Of a DNA stretch of 64,000 bases, positions 38,754 to 49,625 are shown piece by piece (position 1 is the stretch's first letter; the number at the start of each line of letters is the position of its first letter). The notes below the pieces were generated by a model. That model did not search any database. It worked only from the letters and a program-made list of their open reading frames with translations, and was not told the origin of the DNA. The stretch comes from an uncultured virus (IMG/VR IMGVR_UViG_3300044825_001403) (lineage: Duplodnaviria; Heunggongvirae; Uroviricota; Caudoviricetes): positions 62,001 to 126,000 of the IMG/VR virus record IMGVR_UViG_3300044825_001403; one strand, given 5' to 3'. A program made the position numbers and the translations under genes.

Positions 38754-41245
38754 AATTTTACACCAGTGTTGAACAATCAGGAAATAATATTCTTGTACGT
38801 GGTTATGATCATGGTAAAAGATTTCAAGACAAAGTGCAATTTGATCCAACACTGTTCCTTCCTTCTGCCAAAAAAGAAGAGTGGAAAACTCTTGACGGAA
38901 AGAATGTTCGCCCCGTGAAACAGGGCAGCATCCGTGATGCAAAGCAGTTTATTGAAGACCATAAAGATATTGATGACTTCAAGATCTATGGTCAGACTCG
39001 TTTTTTAAATCAGTATATTTTTCAAGAATATCCTGATGAAGAAATGAAATACGACACCAGCAAGATCCGTGTATTCACTTTGGACATTGAGACTGGTGCC
39101 GAGAATGGATTCCCTGATATTGAATCTGCTGACCAAGAGATTCTTTTGATCAGCATTAAAGACAGTGAAATGAAAAAGATTACTGTCTTTGGTTCTCGTC
39201 CTTATGATAATGATGACAAAGAAGTTAACTATCTTCACTTTGAAACTGAAATTGGTTTGCTTAAAGGATTCCTTCACTGGTGGATGGAAAACTATCCTGA
39301 TGTAATTACTGGATGGAACATTCAGTTGTTTGACATCCCATACATCTATCGTAGGATTGAACGTATGGTTGGCGAAGCTGAAGCTCGTCTTCTCTCGCCA
39401 TGGAAAAACACAATGGCTCGTGAGATTTTTATCAAAGGTCGTAAGAACTTTGCTTATGATTTAATGGGCATTGCCACGTTGGATTATCTTGAACTATACA
39501 AAAAATTTACTTATACTAATCAAGAGTCGTATCGCCTGGACCACATTGCTTTCGTGGAGCTGGATGAAAAGAAACTTGATCACTCTGAGTTTGATACTTT
39601 CAAAGAGTTCTATACAAAAGATTGGGACAAGTTTGTAAAATACAACATTCATGACGTTCGCCTGGTAGATCGTCTTGATGATAAAATGAAACTACTTGAA
39701 CTGGCATTCACTATGGCATACGATGCTAAGGTGAATTTTGAGGATGTGTATTCTCAAGTTCGTATGTGGGACAACATCATTTACGTGTACTTGGCTAGAC
39801 AAAAAATTACCATACCACCAAAGAAAGAAAGCAGTAAAGATAATAAGTATGCTGGGGCTTATGTAAAAGAGCCAGTCCCAGGAATGTATGATTGGGTTGT
39901 TAACTTCGACTTGAATAGTCTGTATCCACATCTTATCATGCAGTACAATCTTTCCCCAGAAACTCTTTTGGGCGAAAGACATCCACAGGCTAATGTAGAT
40001 AGATTGTTAAAACAGGAGATTGATCTAAGTGACTTGTCTGGAAAAACTCTCTGTGCTAATGGCACTTTTTATACAACTGAGTATCAAGGATTCCTGCCAA
40101 AGCTCATGGAAAAGATCTATGAGGAACGTACTATCTACAAAAAGAAAATGCTGGCTGCAAAGCAGGAGTACGAAAATAATCCAACGGTTGAATTGAAGAA
40201 AGAGATTGCCCGATGCAATAATATTCAGATGGCACGAAAGATTCAACTCAACTCTGCCTATGGTGCTATTGGTAACGAGCACTTCCGTTATTACAAACTT
40301 GAAATCGCTGAGGCAATCACTCTTTCAGGGCAGCTATCTATTCGCTGGATTGAGAAGAAGATGAATGCTTATCTCAATAAAGTTCTAAAGACAAAGGATG
40401 TTGATTATGTTATTGCTTGCGATACTGATTCTATGTATTTGTGCTTGGACGGCTTGGTTCAAACTGTATACAAGGGGCGAGAGGTTACTAATGAAAAAAT
40501 TGTTGGGTTCCTTGATAAGGTCTGTCAGGTGGAACTTGAGCCTTTTATTGAAAGTTCTTACCAAGAATTGGCCCAGTACGTAAATGCTTATGCCCAGATG
40601 ATGAAGATGAAGCGAGAGAACATTGCCAATCGTGGATTCTGGACTGCCAAAAAACGTTATGTTCTTAACGTCTGGGATAGTGAAGGTGTGCGATATGCCA
40701 AACCGAAGATGAAAATCTGTGGTATGGAAACCGCTAGGTCTTCCACTCCAGCATACTTCCGAGACAAATTGTACAAAGCGTACACAATTATTATCAATCA
40801 AACTAATGATGATATAATTGATTTCATTGAACAGATTAAAGAAGATACTCGGAAACAAAACTATCTTGATATCGCTTTCCCAAGAGGTTGCAATGGATTA
40901 CAAAAATATGGATCTAAAGGATCGATTTATAGAGAGAGGACGCCTATTCAGGTCAGAGGTGCATTATTGTATAATCACTATGTACGGAGTAATAACCTTA
41001 CTCATAAGTACCCTCTTATCCAAGAAGGAGAGAAGATCAAGTTTCTCTACCTCAAGATGCCAAACCCCATCCAAGAAAATGTGATCTCATTTTTTAGTAC
41101 TTTGCCTGTCGAGTTCAACCTTGACAAGTATGTTGACTATCGAACACAATTTGAAAAGTCATTTTACGAACCGCTGAAAAATGTGCTAGAATGTATTGGA
41201 TGGAATGCTGAGCGAAAGATCTCGCTCATGAGTTTTTTTAGTTAG
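38750..41245 (+). CDS. g43: family B DNA polymerase gp43
   Basis: Exo [31 protein letters not shown]; uninterrupted 831 aa. Confidence 0.98.
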   Translation: MKFYTSVEQSGNNILVRGYDHGKRFQDKVQFDPTLFLPSAKKEEWKTLDGKNVRPVKQGSIRDAKQFIEDHKDIDDFKIYGQTRFLNQYIFQEYPDEEMKYDTSKIRVFTLDIETGAENGFPDIESADQEILLISIKDSEMKKITVFGSRPYDNDDKEVNYLHFETEIGLLKGFLHWWMENYPDVITGWNIQLFDIPYIYRRIERMVGEAEARLLSPWKNTMAREIFIKGRKNFAYDLMGIATLDYLELYKKFTYTNQESYRLDHIAFVELDEKKLDHSEFDTFKEFYTKDWDKFVKYNIHDVRLVDRLDDKMKLLELAFTMAYDAKVNFEDVYSQVRMWDNIIYVYLARQKITIPPKKESSKDNKYAGAYVKEPVPGMYDWVVNFDLNSLYPHLIMQYNLSPETLLGERHPQANVDRLLKQEIDLSDLSGKTLCANGTFYTTEYQGFLPKLMEKIYEERTIYKKKMLAAKQEYENNPTVELKKEIARCNNIQMARKIQLNSAYGAIGNEHFRYYKLEIAEAITLSGQLSIRWIEKKMNAYLNKVLKTKDVDYVIACDTDSMYLCLDGLVQTVYKGREVTNEKIVGFLDKVCQVELEPFIESSYQELAQYVNAYAQMMKMKRENIANRGFWTAKKRYVLNVWDSEGVRYAKPKMKICGMETARSSTPAYFRDKLYKAYTIIINQTNDDIIDFIEQIKEDTRKQNYLDIAFPRGCNGLQKYGSKGSIYRERTPIQVRGALLYNHYVRSNNLTHKYPLIQEGEKIKFLYLKMPNPIQENVISFFSTLPVEFNLDKYVDYRTQFEKSFYEPLKNVLECIGWNAERKISLMSFFS

Positions 41246-41252
41246 GAGATTT

Positions 41253-42284
41253 ATGGATTTTTTACAACAAGTAATTAAAGATAGCAAAAATGAATTTGCA
41301 TCACTCGCTGCTGATGGTATCGCTGCTGGCGATATTGAATCTTTCGTTGATACTGGTAGCTACGTTTTTAACGCCTTGGTTTCTGGATCGTTGTTTGGAG
41401 GCATTCCCTCAAATAAGATCACGGCTATTGCTGGAGAATCGGGAACAGGTAAGACATTCTTTTGCCTTAGTGTCGTTCGCAATTTCCTTAATACCAACCC
41501 TGATGCTGGTGTTATATATTTTGAAACTGAATCTGCTATTAGCAAAAATATGATTGAGAGCAGGGGAATTGATTCCAAACGTATGGTAATTTTTCCCGTA
41601 GATACAATTGAAGAGTTTCGTACCCAGGCTGTACGTATTATCGATAAATACATGGAACAACCAAAAGAGGAGCGTAAGCCCCTCATGTTTGTTCTTGATT
41701 CCCTTGGGATGCTTGCAACTAACAAAGAAGTCGAGGATGCTTCCAACGACAAGAATGTTCGTGACATGACCAAGGCACAGCTAGTCAAATCAGTGTTTAG
41801 AATTCTTACGCTGAAACTTGGCAAAGCAAACATTCCAATGTTAGTTACTAATCATACCTATGACGTTGTTGGCTCGTATGTTCCTACTAAGGAAATGGGT
41901 GGGGGCAGTGGTCTTAAGTATTCTGCTAGCACAATCATTTATCTCTCAAAGAAAAAAGAAAAAGATGGAACCGATCTCATCGGAAACATTATTAAATGTG
42001 AGGCGAAGAAGTCCCGTCTGACCCGTGAGGGGTCAAAGGTGGAGACTCGTCTATTCTTTGACGAGCGTGGCCTGGAGCGGCACTATGGGTTGCTAGAACT
42101 GGGAGAACGTGCTAACATATGGAAGAACTCGGCTGGTCGCTATGAAATCAATGGTAAGAAAGTATATGGTAAGGAGATTCTACGAAACCCTGAGCAATAC
42201 TTCACTGATGAGGTGATGGCAAAACTTGAGGAACAAGCAGCGATAGAATTTCTTTATGGAGTAAGTAATGACGGAGAAGATTGA
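41253..42284 (+). CDS. uvsX: RecA-like recombinase UvsX
   Basis: [31 protein letters not shown]. Confidence 0.95.
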   Translation: MDFLQQVIKDSKNEFASLAADGIAAGDIESFVDTGSYVFNALVSGSLFGGIPSNKITAIAGESGTGKTFFCLSVVRNFLNTNPDAGVIYFETESAISKNMIESRGIDSKRMVIFPVDTIEEFRTQAVRIIDKYMEQPKEERKPLMFVLDSLGMLATNKEVEDASNDKNVRDMTKAQLVKSVFRILTLKLGKANIPMLVTNHTYDVVGSYVPTKEMGGGSGLKYSASTIIYLSKKKEKDGTDLIGNIIKCEAKKSRLTREGSKVETRLFFDERGLERHYGLLELGERANIWKNSAGRYEINGKKVYGKEILRNPEQYFTDEVMAKLEEQAAIEFLYGVSNDGED

Positions 42285-43656
42285 ACAATCTATATTACGT
42301 AATCTGCTTTGTAATGAAGAGTATTACCGAAAGGTAGTGCCCTTCCTCAAAGCAGATTACTTTCAAGAGATTGATGATCGAATTATATTTGAGGAGATTC
42401 AAGACTTCTCTGTAAAGTACGATAAAATTCCAACCAAAGAAGTAGTAATTATCAATCTACAGAATAGAAATGACCTTACTGAAGAAGTTTACAAACAAAG
42501 TGTTACGAAGATCAACCAGTTCACTACAGAATGGGTTGACAAAGATTGGCTTATTAACTCCACAGAAAAGTGGTGCAAAGACAGGGCCATTTACAACGCC
42601 CTACTCCAGTCAATCAAAATTGCTGACGGGGGAGATCAAAAAATATCAAGAGATGCAATCCCGACCATCCTTCAAGAGGCCCTGGCAGTATCGTTTGATG
42701 AATACATTGGACACGACTACGTAGACAATGCTGAGCAAAGATATGATTACTATCATAAAGATGAAGCAAAGATTCCTTTTGATCTAGAGAAATTCAATCT
42801 CATTACTAAAGGTGGTCTCCCCAATAAAACGCTTAACGTTGCTCTTGCTGGAACTGGCGTTGGCAAATCTTTGTTCATGTGTCACGTTGCTGCTGCCTGC
42901 CTTTCTCAAGGCAAGAATGTTTTATACATTACTCTTGAAATGGCAGAAGAAAAGATTGCTGAAAGGATTGACGCTAATCTATTGAATGTGAATATCAAAG
43001 ATATTGGTTCTCTTCCTGAATCTATCTTTACTTCACGAGTCATGGAGATTGGCAGAAGAACACAAGGCAAACTTATCATTAAAGAATATCCAACAGCGTC
43101 TGCTCATGCAGGACATTTTAAATCACTACTGAGCGATTTGAAATTGAAGAAAGATTTTAGTCCAGATATTATCTTTATTGACTATCTTAACATTTGTGCC
43201 TCAGCTAGATATAAAGGACATATTGTAAACTCTTACACGTATGTTAAAGCAATTGCTGAGGAACTTCGTGGTCTTGCTGTTGAGCACGACGTACCAGTTG
43301 TCAGTGCTACTCAGACTACTCGTTCTGGTTTCGGGAATTCTGACGTTGATCTTACCGACACTTCTGAATCCTTTGGTCTACCTGCTACAGCAGATTTTAT
43401 GTTTGCTCTTATTGCTACTGAGGAGCTTGAACAGTCTGGGCGTATCATGGTTAAACAACTTAAAAACCGATACAACGATCCGACTTACTACAAGAGATTC
43501 ACAGTGGGTATTGACAGAGCGAAGATGAAGCTGTATAATGTAGATGACTCTGACGGAGACATCACCAATGATGTCGAAGAAGAATCTTTTGAATCTTTTG
43601 AAGAAACTTCTGTTAGACAAAATCGTTTTGATAAATTTTCTAAATTTGTAATTTAA
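42268..43656 (+). CDS. g41: replicative helicase gp41
   Basis: [47 protein letters not shown]. Confidence 0.96.
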   Translation: MTEKIEQSILRNLLCNEEYYRKVVPFLKADYFQEIDDRIIFEEIQDFSVKYDKIPTKEVVIINLQNRNDLTEEVYKQSVTKINQFTTEWVDKDWLINSTEKWCKDRAIYNALLQSIKIADGGDQKISRDAIPTILQEALAVSFDEYIGHDYVDNAEQRYDYYHKDEAKIPFDLEKFNLITKGGLPNKTLNVALAGTGVGKSLFMCHVAAACLSQGKNVLYITLEMAEEKIAERIDANLLNVNIKDIGSLPESIFTSRVMEIGRRTQGKLIIKEYPTASAHAGHFKSLLSDLKLKKDFSPDIIFIDYLNICASARYKGHIVNSYTYVKAIAEELRGLAVEHDVPVVSATQTTRSGFGNSDVDLTDTSESFGLPATADFMFALIATEELEQSGRIMVKQLKNRYNDPTYYKRFTVGIDRAKMKLYNVDDSDGDITNDVEEESFESFEETSVRQNRFDKFSKFVI

Positions 43657-43659
43657 CTT

Positions 43660-44070
43660 ATGGCTGATACTATTGTGTTTAAGCGTTACGAGGAATTCGT
43701 GGATGCCGTTACCAGCGATGCTTCTAAAGATTTTTGTTCACTGGCTGATCGCCTTGTTGAGCTTGATTCTAAGGGTGCCAATATTGAACGACTGCTTACT
43801 GCTGGCGTTGGTATTAATGCTGAAGGTGGTGAATTCCTTGAGATCGTTAAGAAGATGGTGTTTCAGGGTAAACCTTGGAACGATGACAATCGGGAGCATC
43901 TTATTATTGAACTCGGTGATATTATGTGGTATGTTGCTCAAGCAACTCAAGCTCTTGGAGTTTCTTTCAATGAAGTCATTGAACGTAATGTAAAGAAACT
44001 TGAAAAGCGTTATCCTGGCGGTAATTTTGACATCTATTATTCCGAACATCGTGCAGAAGATGATCGCTAA
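43660..44070 (+). CDS. mazG: MazG nucleotide pyrophosphohydrolase
   Basis: GINAEGGEFLEIVKK...ELGDIMWY...NV.KL.KRYP. Confidence 0.92.
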   Translation: MADTIVFKRYEEFVDAVTSDASKDFCSLADRLVELDSKGANIERLLTAGVGINAEGGEFLEIVKKMVFQGKPWNDDNREHLIIELGDIMWYVAQATQALGVSFNEVIERNVKKLEKRYPGGNFDIYYSEHRAEDDR

Positions 44071-44078
44071 ATAACCAA

Positions 44079-44131
44079 GATAGAGTTCAAGTCCCTGTTA
44101 TATCCTTGAGGTATATCACACTTGAACCATC
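44079..44131 (+). ncRNA. long intergenic hairpin ahead of tRNA-Ser (candidate structured RNA)
   Basis: gttcaagt (44085-92) pairs with acttgaac (44120-27) around an inner tgttatatcc/ggtatatca stem; follows TAAATA at 44068. Confidence 0.4.
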
Positions 44132-44133
44132 AT

Positions 44134-44220
44134 GGAGGGTCAAGCCGATAGGTGACGGCAGCTGTCTTGAAAACAGTCGAGGTGTTAAAGCCCTTAGGCG
44201 TTCGATTCGCCTACCCTCCG
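44134..44220 (+). tRNA. tRNA-Ser(UGA)
   Basis: Acceptor ggagggt/accctcc, anticodon arm gctgt-ctTGAaa-acagt, long variable arm, T arm with gttcgatt; CCA not encoded. Confidence 0.92.
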
Positions 44221-44224
44221 CTTC

Positions 44225-44297
44225 GGGGAATTAGCTCAGTTGGTAGAGCATCGCCTTTGCAAGGCGGGTGTCAGGAGTTCAAGTCTCCTATTCTCCA
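44225..44297 (+). tRNA. tRNA-Ala(UGC)
   Basis: Acceptor ggggaat/attctcc with G3:U70, anticodon loop ttTGCaa, T loop gttcaag. Confidence 0.95.
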
Positions 44298-44325
44298 TAA
44301 AAAATAAATAATAATAAAACCTTAA

Positions 44326-44538
44326 ATGAAAAGTTTTAAACAACTAAGACAAGAAGTAACTCAAGAGTTTTATCTTCAAAAAGAAATTTTTCAAGAAGGT
44401 GATTATATTATGAATGTTAATACTGGACAGAAAGGCAAAATTATTCGTCCAGGAGTTAATTATGTAATTGCTGTAACGGAAGATAATCAAATGTTTCGTG
44501 CTTGGGTAAAAGATATTCGTGAAGTAAACGTTTCCTAA
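44326..44538 (+). CDS. small late protein resembling the C-terminal domain of cyanophage cytidylyltransferase-like proteins
   Basis: EIFQEGD...N.NTG.KG.IIR.G.NYVI.VTED..MFRAWVKDI.E; upstream TAAATA; similarity recalled, not searched. Confidence 0.55.
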   Translation: MKSFKQLRQEVTQEFYLQKEIFQEGDYIMNVNTGQKGKIIRPGVNYVIAVTEDNQMFRAWVKDIREVNVS

Positions 44539-44575
44539 ACATAAATAAATTAAGGAAATCATATATACTTTACAA

Positions 44576-45487
44576 ATGGAACGACAAAGAGCAACGACCC
44601 AACTAGCACATTATGACGATTTTTCTAAAGCATTGATTGAGTCGTCAGTCAGATATCTTGGCGAAGAAGGAATTCCTTCATTGCAAAAGAAAGGTAATGA
44701 AGATGATTTCTCAAAGAAAGATCCTAAAGCAAAAGCAGCTCCTGCTGACCCAGCAATCAATATTGCTGCTGGCACTGGCACAAAACAATCTCATGGTGCA
44801 GAGATTGAATATACTACAGTTCGTGCCAAGAACGTACAGCGTGAAGAAGTAGAAAAGGAAGACGAGAGTAAAGCTGAAGAAGAAAAAGAAAAGAAGATGA
44901 GCAAGACTGCCAAGGAAAAGCATGAGAAGGCAGAAGACAAGAAAGAAAAGGAAATGAAGGAAACCTACGAGTTAGAACTGGATGGCAATACTTACATCTT
45001 TGAGAAAAAGATGGATGGTAAGGATGACAATGGTTTCACGTCATGTTGGAAAGGATACAAGAAAGTTGGCACCAAAATGAAGGGTGGCAAAGAAGTTAAT
45101 AATTGTGTTAAAGCAGGTTATGAACCAATTGGTGAATTAGTGCTTGATGAAAAAGCCCCCGCTGGGGCTAAGTTTGAAAGAATGGTTAAACATATTAAGA
45201 AGAGCTATTCTAAAGATGGTTTAACTGATAAAGAAAAGGGTATTGCTTACGCTACTGCATGGAAGCAAAAGAATAAAGAACAGAAAGAAGAGTTTGATTT
45301 AACTGAAAAGAAACTTGATGCAGTAGGAAAGGAAGATAAAGATATTGATAATGATGGTGATCATGATAAGTCAGATAAGTATCTTTTAAATCGTCGTAAA
45401 ACAGTAGGTAAAATTCTTGCTGCCAAGAAAAAAGTTAATGAAATGATTGCTTGGGAACAGGAGATTATCGCTGAAAAAAAGAACTGA
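44576..45487 (+). CDS. Lys/Glu-rich late protein, possibly head-internal; probable -1 frameshift extension to 45636
   Basis: 303 aa with CWKGY...G.K.K.GK.V.NCV, AYATAW and LDAVGKED.DIDNDGD.D.SD.YL.NRR modules; ends GAA AAA AAG AAC TGA. Confidence 0.7.
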   Translation: MERQRATTQLAHYDDFSKALIESSVRYLGEEGIPSLQKKGNEDDFSKKDPKAKAAPADPAINIAAGTGTKQSHGAEIEYTTVRAKNVQREEVEKEDESKAEEEKEKKMSKTAKEKHEKAEDKKEKEMKETYELELDGNTYIFEKKMDGKDDNGFTSCWKGYKKVGTKMKGGKEVNNCVKAGYEPIGELVLDEKAPAGAKFERMVKHIKKSYSKDGLTDKEKGIAYATAWKQKNKEQKEEFDLTEKKLDAVGKEDKDIDNDGDHDKSDKYLLNRRKTVGKILAAKKKVNEMIAWEQEIIAEKKN

Positions 45488-45646
45488 AGGCATCCACTGT
45501 AGAAGTGATGCCTGAAATTCCAAATAGTCCTGAAGACGGAGAAAGCTCTAAGAAGAATAAAAAGTACATCGGTAGAGCAGTAAACACACAGAAAAAAGAT
45601 AAGCTAAATATTACGGGGTCCCCTCGATCAATTTAGGAGCAAAATT

Positions 45647-45817
45647 ATGAAAGTATTTTTAGGCGTAGCACAAAAAGTTGTAGAGCATTTCATGGCTAGC
45701 CGTGAAGTCAAGGAGTTTGTTATTCATCTTCTTGAGCGTTATGCTGCAACAACCGACAATGATGTTGATAACATGGTTGTCGTAATGGTTAAGAAGGCTC
45801 TTCTTCGTGAAGAGTGA
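45647..45817 (+). CDS. small hypothetical protein (56 aa)
   Basis: MKVFLGVAQKVVEHFMASREVKEFVIHLLERYAATTDNDVDNMVV...; AGGAG RBS. Confidence 0.7.
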   Translation: MKVFLGVAQKVVEHFMASREVKEFVIHLLERYAATTDNDVDNMVVVMVKKALLREE

Positions 45818-45969
45818 TGGAATGTTTCTTAGGAAACATTTTAGCTGACATATTACTTTTACTTTTACTTGCCCTTTCCGAATGGATGGGGCACAATAAA
45901 AATATAAAAGAAAATAGTATCTACGATTGGATACATACTAAACTTAAAAAAATTGTAAGGGGAGACTAA
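45817..45969 (+). CDS. small membrane protein (50 aa)
   Basis: MECFLGNILADILLLLLLALSEWMG..K.IKENSIY; TGATG coupling. Confidence 0.6.
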   Translation: MECFLGNILADILLLLLLALSEWMGHNKNIKENSIYDWIHTKLKKIVRGD

Positions 45970-45983
45970 CTCCCCTTTTTTTA
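45958..45983 (+). terminator. terminator followed immediately by a TAAATA late promoter
   Basis: aggggag-actaa-ctcccct, T run, then ataaata. Confidence 0.75.
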
Positions 45984-46027
45984 TAAATATGTTTTAGATA
46001 ATAAAAGATAATTAAAAGAGGGAACCG

Positions 46028-47128
46028 ATGGCAATTCTCGGAAAATTAGATGCTAAAGCATTGGCTAATAATGTAGGTGTTGTTAATGGCGATGCTACTG
46101 TAACATTAGCTTCAGGAAGCTTTTTCAACAAAGCAACAGCCAATTACATTGTAGCTGGCGATATTCTTTCACTAAGCGGTGTCCAGTATGTAGTAAAAGC
46201 AGTTACTTCTGCAACTACTCTTGAATTACATAAAGCTTACGCTGGAAGCACTGCAACCATCACTGCAGCAAATGCTATTAGAAGAACTGCACCAAAGCAA
46301 GTTGCTCAATATGTTGTTGGTGGTGCTGATACAAATACAGGATCTCTTGTATTTTTAGACTCTGCTGAGGCACTATTAAATGAAAATAAAATTAGAGGTT
46401 TGACTGGCCCTGGTTGGTGGGTATATAAAACATATACTGATGCTTCTGGATCAACACGCCATAAGTCAGAGTGTATTGCCCCTCTTTATGTTAGTGCTGC
46501 TGTTGCTGGTGACTTTGCAGATAACCCTGCTGCTGACGTTGCTTCTGCTATTAGCATTTCTGTTCAACCTGCCAACCAATCAACAAGAACTCCTGCTGGT
46601 GCGTTCTTGACTGTAACTAGTGCGGGAACTGCTGCCACAGGAACAGGAACATATACAATTACTAATTCAACTGCTGGGGTAACTGTCACTAATGTTTCTG
46701 GTGGTGCTGCCCCAAGCGGAACATGGTCTGTTGGAGTTTCTAGAGCTGGTGGTGTATATACTGTAACAGTTAATTCTGGTGGTGCTGGATTTGCTGCTAC
46801 TGACACAATTTTAATTCCTGGAAGTGCATTGGGTGGTGTTGATACTACTAATGATCTTACAATTACTGTTGCTACTGTTGCTACCGCTGCAGCTACATTC
46901 TCTGTAACTGCTTCCGCAACAACTGGTTCACTCATTTATCAGTGGCAGCGTAGAACAAGCAGCACCGCTAAGTGGACTAATGTTTCTGGTGCTACTAGCT
47001 CTTCGCTTGCTCTTACAGCACTCACCACAGCTTCTACTGGTTATCAGTATCGTGTTAAGCTCACATCTTCTGCTGGTGCCGAAGAAGTTCTTTCTAATGC
47101 TGCAACCTTGACAGTAACTGCTGCATGA
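46028..47128 (+). CDS. virion surface protein with Ig-like domain (head/tail decoration)
   Basis: Ala/Thr/Gly-rich 366 aa; ISVQPANQ...ATFSVTA...YQWQ...W.NVSGAT...GYQYRV...SNAATLTV Ig-like motif; PGWW.YKTY.D..G..RHK.E motif. Confidence 0.7.
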   Translation: MAILGKLDAKALANNVGVVNGDATVTLASGSFFNKATANYIVAGDILSLSGVQYVVKAVTSATTLELHKAYAGSTATITAANAIRRTAPKQVAQYVVGGADTNTGSLVFLDSAEALLNENKIRGLTGPGWWVYKTYTDASGSTRHKSECIAPLYVSAAVAGDFADNPAADVASAISISVQPANQSTRTPAGAFLTVTSAGTAATGTGTYTITNSTAGVTVTNVSGGAAPSGTWSVGVSRAGGVYTVTVNSGGAGFAATDTILIPGSALGGVDTTNDLTITVATVATAAATFSVTASATTGSLIYQWQRRTSSTAKWTNVSGATSSSLALTALTTASTGYQYRVKLTSSAGAEEVLSNAATLTVTAA

Positions 47129-47134
47129 TTTTAA

Positions 47135-47491
47135 ATGAAATTTGATGAATTGACCAAAGATAATTGGGTTATCTTTGCTATTAAACATTATGATAATCCT
47201 TCTTCAGTCACATACGAAGATTTTGAAGAGGATCTAAATCGTTTTAAGTATATCAAAAGATTGCTTAAAAGATATGAAATGACAGGTGAATTGAAAACTC
47301 ATTTAATTCTAAACCATATTATTTTAATGTATAATGTTTTTGATGATGCAGCTACTCCTTTATTATTTTTTAAAATTGAAGCTATATACTGGCCTATTTT
47401 GAAAGCATTTTTGTTATTCCTAAATAGATTACCAGAGTCCCTTAATAAAAATGTTGATCAAGAATGTCTAAAACATTTGAACCTTCTATGA
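47135..47491 (+). CDS. conserved T4-like hypothetical protein
   Basis: FAIKHYDNP...F.EDLNRFKYIKRL...LILNHII..YNVF. Confidence 0.8.
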   Translation: MKFDELTKDNWVIFAIKHYDNPSSVTYEDFEEDLNRFKYIKRLLKRYEMTGELKTHLILNHIILMYNVFDDAATPLLFFKIEAIYWPILKAFLLFLNRLPESLNKNVDQECLKHLNLL

Positions 47492-48189
47492 ATGAAATGA
47501 TTAATTCTGCTGGTGATGGTAGCGGATTACAACTACCTCCATCATTTGTATTAGTCAATCCAAAACAACATAGAAAGTATAAGAAAAACAATAGTGAATA
47601 TATTGATGGTAGAACAAGGGGTGCAAAAAATTTACTCTCTCGCATTTCAAGGCGTAAAAAAATGAAAGAACAATTAGAATCAATTATTAGTGAGGCGGCT
47701 CCCTCCGAGACCGAGAGAGCCCAGAAACAAATTGCTCAACAGAAAAAGCTTACTCGTCAAAAAGATCTTCAAAAGAAGAGAGACGAAGCTAAGTCAAAGA
47801 TGATGAGCAAAACTAAAGAAATGGATATCTTGATGAAGGCAAGATTATCAGACTTTAAAAAAAGAGCTTCTGAACAACAGAAGAAAGTATCATTGAAAAA
47901 TTCTTATGAAATGGAAGGCGAAACTATGAATGAAAATACTGCTCAATTAGATACTGTTGAAGTTGCACTTCAAGTTGCTACATCAGAATTGACTCACGGC
48001 GAAACTCAATTCGCAAAAATTCAATTTGAAGATGGATCAGTTCAAAATCTAGATAATTTTTCTGCTAAGAAAATTGCTGCTACTTACGCTTCTCTTTCAC
48101 CAGAGAATCAAGAACAATTCAGATATATGTTAAACAAGAGTGCTGCAACATATCAAAGTGCTCTTGATTTTGCAGTCCGCAATATCTGA
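47488..48189 (+). CDS. hypothetical coiled-coil late protein
   Basis: 233 aa from the ATG overlapping the previous stop; DGRT.. motif. Confidence 0.7.
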   Translation: MNEMINSAGDGSGLQLPPSFVLVNPKQHRKYKKNNSEYIDGRTRGAKNLLSRISRRKKMKEQLESIISEAAPSETERAQKQIAQQKKLTRQKDLQKKRDEAKSKMMSKTKEMDILMKARLSDFKKRASEQQKKVSLKNSYEMEGETMNENTAQLDTVEVALQVATSELTHGETQFAKIQFEDGSVQNLDNFSAKKIAATYASLSPENQEQFRYMLNKSAATYQSALDFAVRNI

Positions 48190-48204
48190 TAGAGGATTAA
48201 GTAG

Positions 48205-48639
48205 ATGTTTAATAAAGATATCACAAGAGAGCTATCAAAATTAGATGTTTTAGAATCTAAATTAAACATCTACGAAACTCTATCAAGGGAAATGTTAGAC
48301 AAGTTAGAAAACGCTGTAGATAAGATCTCAGAATCTAATCAACGAATTGCTAATATACTTGCTAAGCATGATGAACGTATTGATCAAAGTATTAAAACTG
48401 ACGAGCTTCTCGTCAAAATGATTGATGAAGTTAAAAGTAAAAACACAGAAGAACATAAAGCAGTTATCAAAAGATTAGAAACAGTAGAATCTACTATCAA
48501 CGATCTATCTAAGTTCAAATGGCAGGCGGTTGCCCTTGTGGGGGCCGCCGTTTTGATTGCTGGGTTCGTCGTCCCGTTTGTTGACAATATGCTGGGGATG
48601 TCCTATAATGGGAGGACTGAGCAAACCCAATCTAGATAA
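48205..48639 (+). CDS. coiled-coil protein with C-terminal transmembrane helix
   Basis: Heptad repeats, LAKHDERI, then FKWQAVALVGAAVLIAGFVV. Confidence 0.7.
   Translation: MFNKDITRELSKLDVLESKLNIYETLSREMLDKLENAVDKISESNQRIANILAKHDERIDQSIKTDELLVKMIDEVKSKNTEEHKAVIKRLETVESTINDLSKFKWQAVALVGAAVLIAGFVVPFVDNMLGMSYNGRTEQTQSR
48581..48609 (+). promoter_or_regulatory. perfect sigma70 promoter for g61-nrdA-nrdB, inside the upstream CDS
   Basis: TTGACA-N17-TATAAT. Confidence 0.88.
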
Positions 48640-49625
48640 TGAGTTACATTGATGTCAAGTACATTGGTCTAGTATCCCCCCAACTTCAAAAATTTTCAAA
48701 GAAAAAAGATTCCCTCTACAATTTCCGATGCCCTTACTGTGGTGATAGTAAGAAGCATCAGAATAAAACTAGAGGGTATCTTTTTAAGGTAAAGAATGAT
48801 TTTGTATTTAAATGCCACAACTGTGGTGTGGGGAGAACCTTTACCAATTTCCTAAAAGATAACTGTGCCCATCTGCATAATCAGTATGTGATGGAACGTT
48901 ATCGTGAAGGACTTACTGGTAAAAATACACAAACTAAAAATCCAGATTTCAATTTCAAGAAACCAGAATTCCAGAAGAGAAAAACAGGAATTGATCTGGA
49001 AAAGATTTCAGAACTAAATATTACACACCCAGCTCGGGTGTACTTAGAAGAAAGAAAAATTAAAGATCTCGATTATTTTTATTACTGTCCCAAATTTAAA
49101 GAATGGACGAACTCACAGCGACAAGTTTTCCCAAACTTAAAGCAAGATGGTCCTAGAATTATCATACCTCTCAGGGATAAAGATGGAAACATGTTTGGAT
49201 ATCAAGGTAGGTCAATGGCTCCCAAAGCCAAGATTAGATACATCACAATCATGTTAGATGATTCTAAGACCAAAATATTTGGGATGGACAGGGTAGACGA
49301 AGACAAACCAATTTATGTTACCGAAGGACCATTTGATAGTATGTTCCTTTCTAATAGCATTGCTATGTGTGGTAGTGATGTCAACATTAACAATAAAAAT
49401 TTGGTATATGTTTTTGATAACGAACCTAGAAATAAAGAGATTGTATCCAAATATGATAAAGCAATTGACGATGGAGAACGGATAGTTATCTGGCCACAAA
49501 CCATTGTTGAAAAAGATATCAATGACATGGTATTGGCTGGACATGACGTTCAAAGTGTGGTAGAATCAAACACCTACCAAGGCTTAGAAGCAAAACTTAA
49601 ATTTACAACCTGGAAGAAAGTATGA
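48639..49625 (+). CDS. g61: DNA primase gp61
   Basis: NFRCPYCGDS...CHNC zinc finger, YQGR, TEGPFDSMF, FDNEPRN, KDINDM. Confidence 0.96.
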   Translation: MSYIDVKYIGLVSPQLQKFSKKKDSLYNFRCPYCGDSKKHQNKTRGYLFKVKNDFVFKCHNCGVGRTFTNFLKDNCAHLHNQYVMERYREGLTGKNTQTKNPDFNFKKPEFQKRKTGIDLEKISELNITHPARVYLEERKIKDLDYFYYCPKFKEWTNSQRQVFPNLKQDGPRIIIPLRDKDGNMFGYQGRSMAPKAKIRYITIMLDDSKTKIFGMDRVDEDKPIYVTEGPFDSMFLSNSIAMCGSDVNINNKNLVYVFDNEPRNKEIVSKYDKAIDDGERIVIWPQTIVEKDINDMVLAGHDVQSVVESNTYQGLEAKLKFTTWKKV

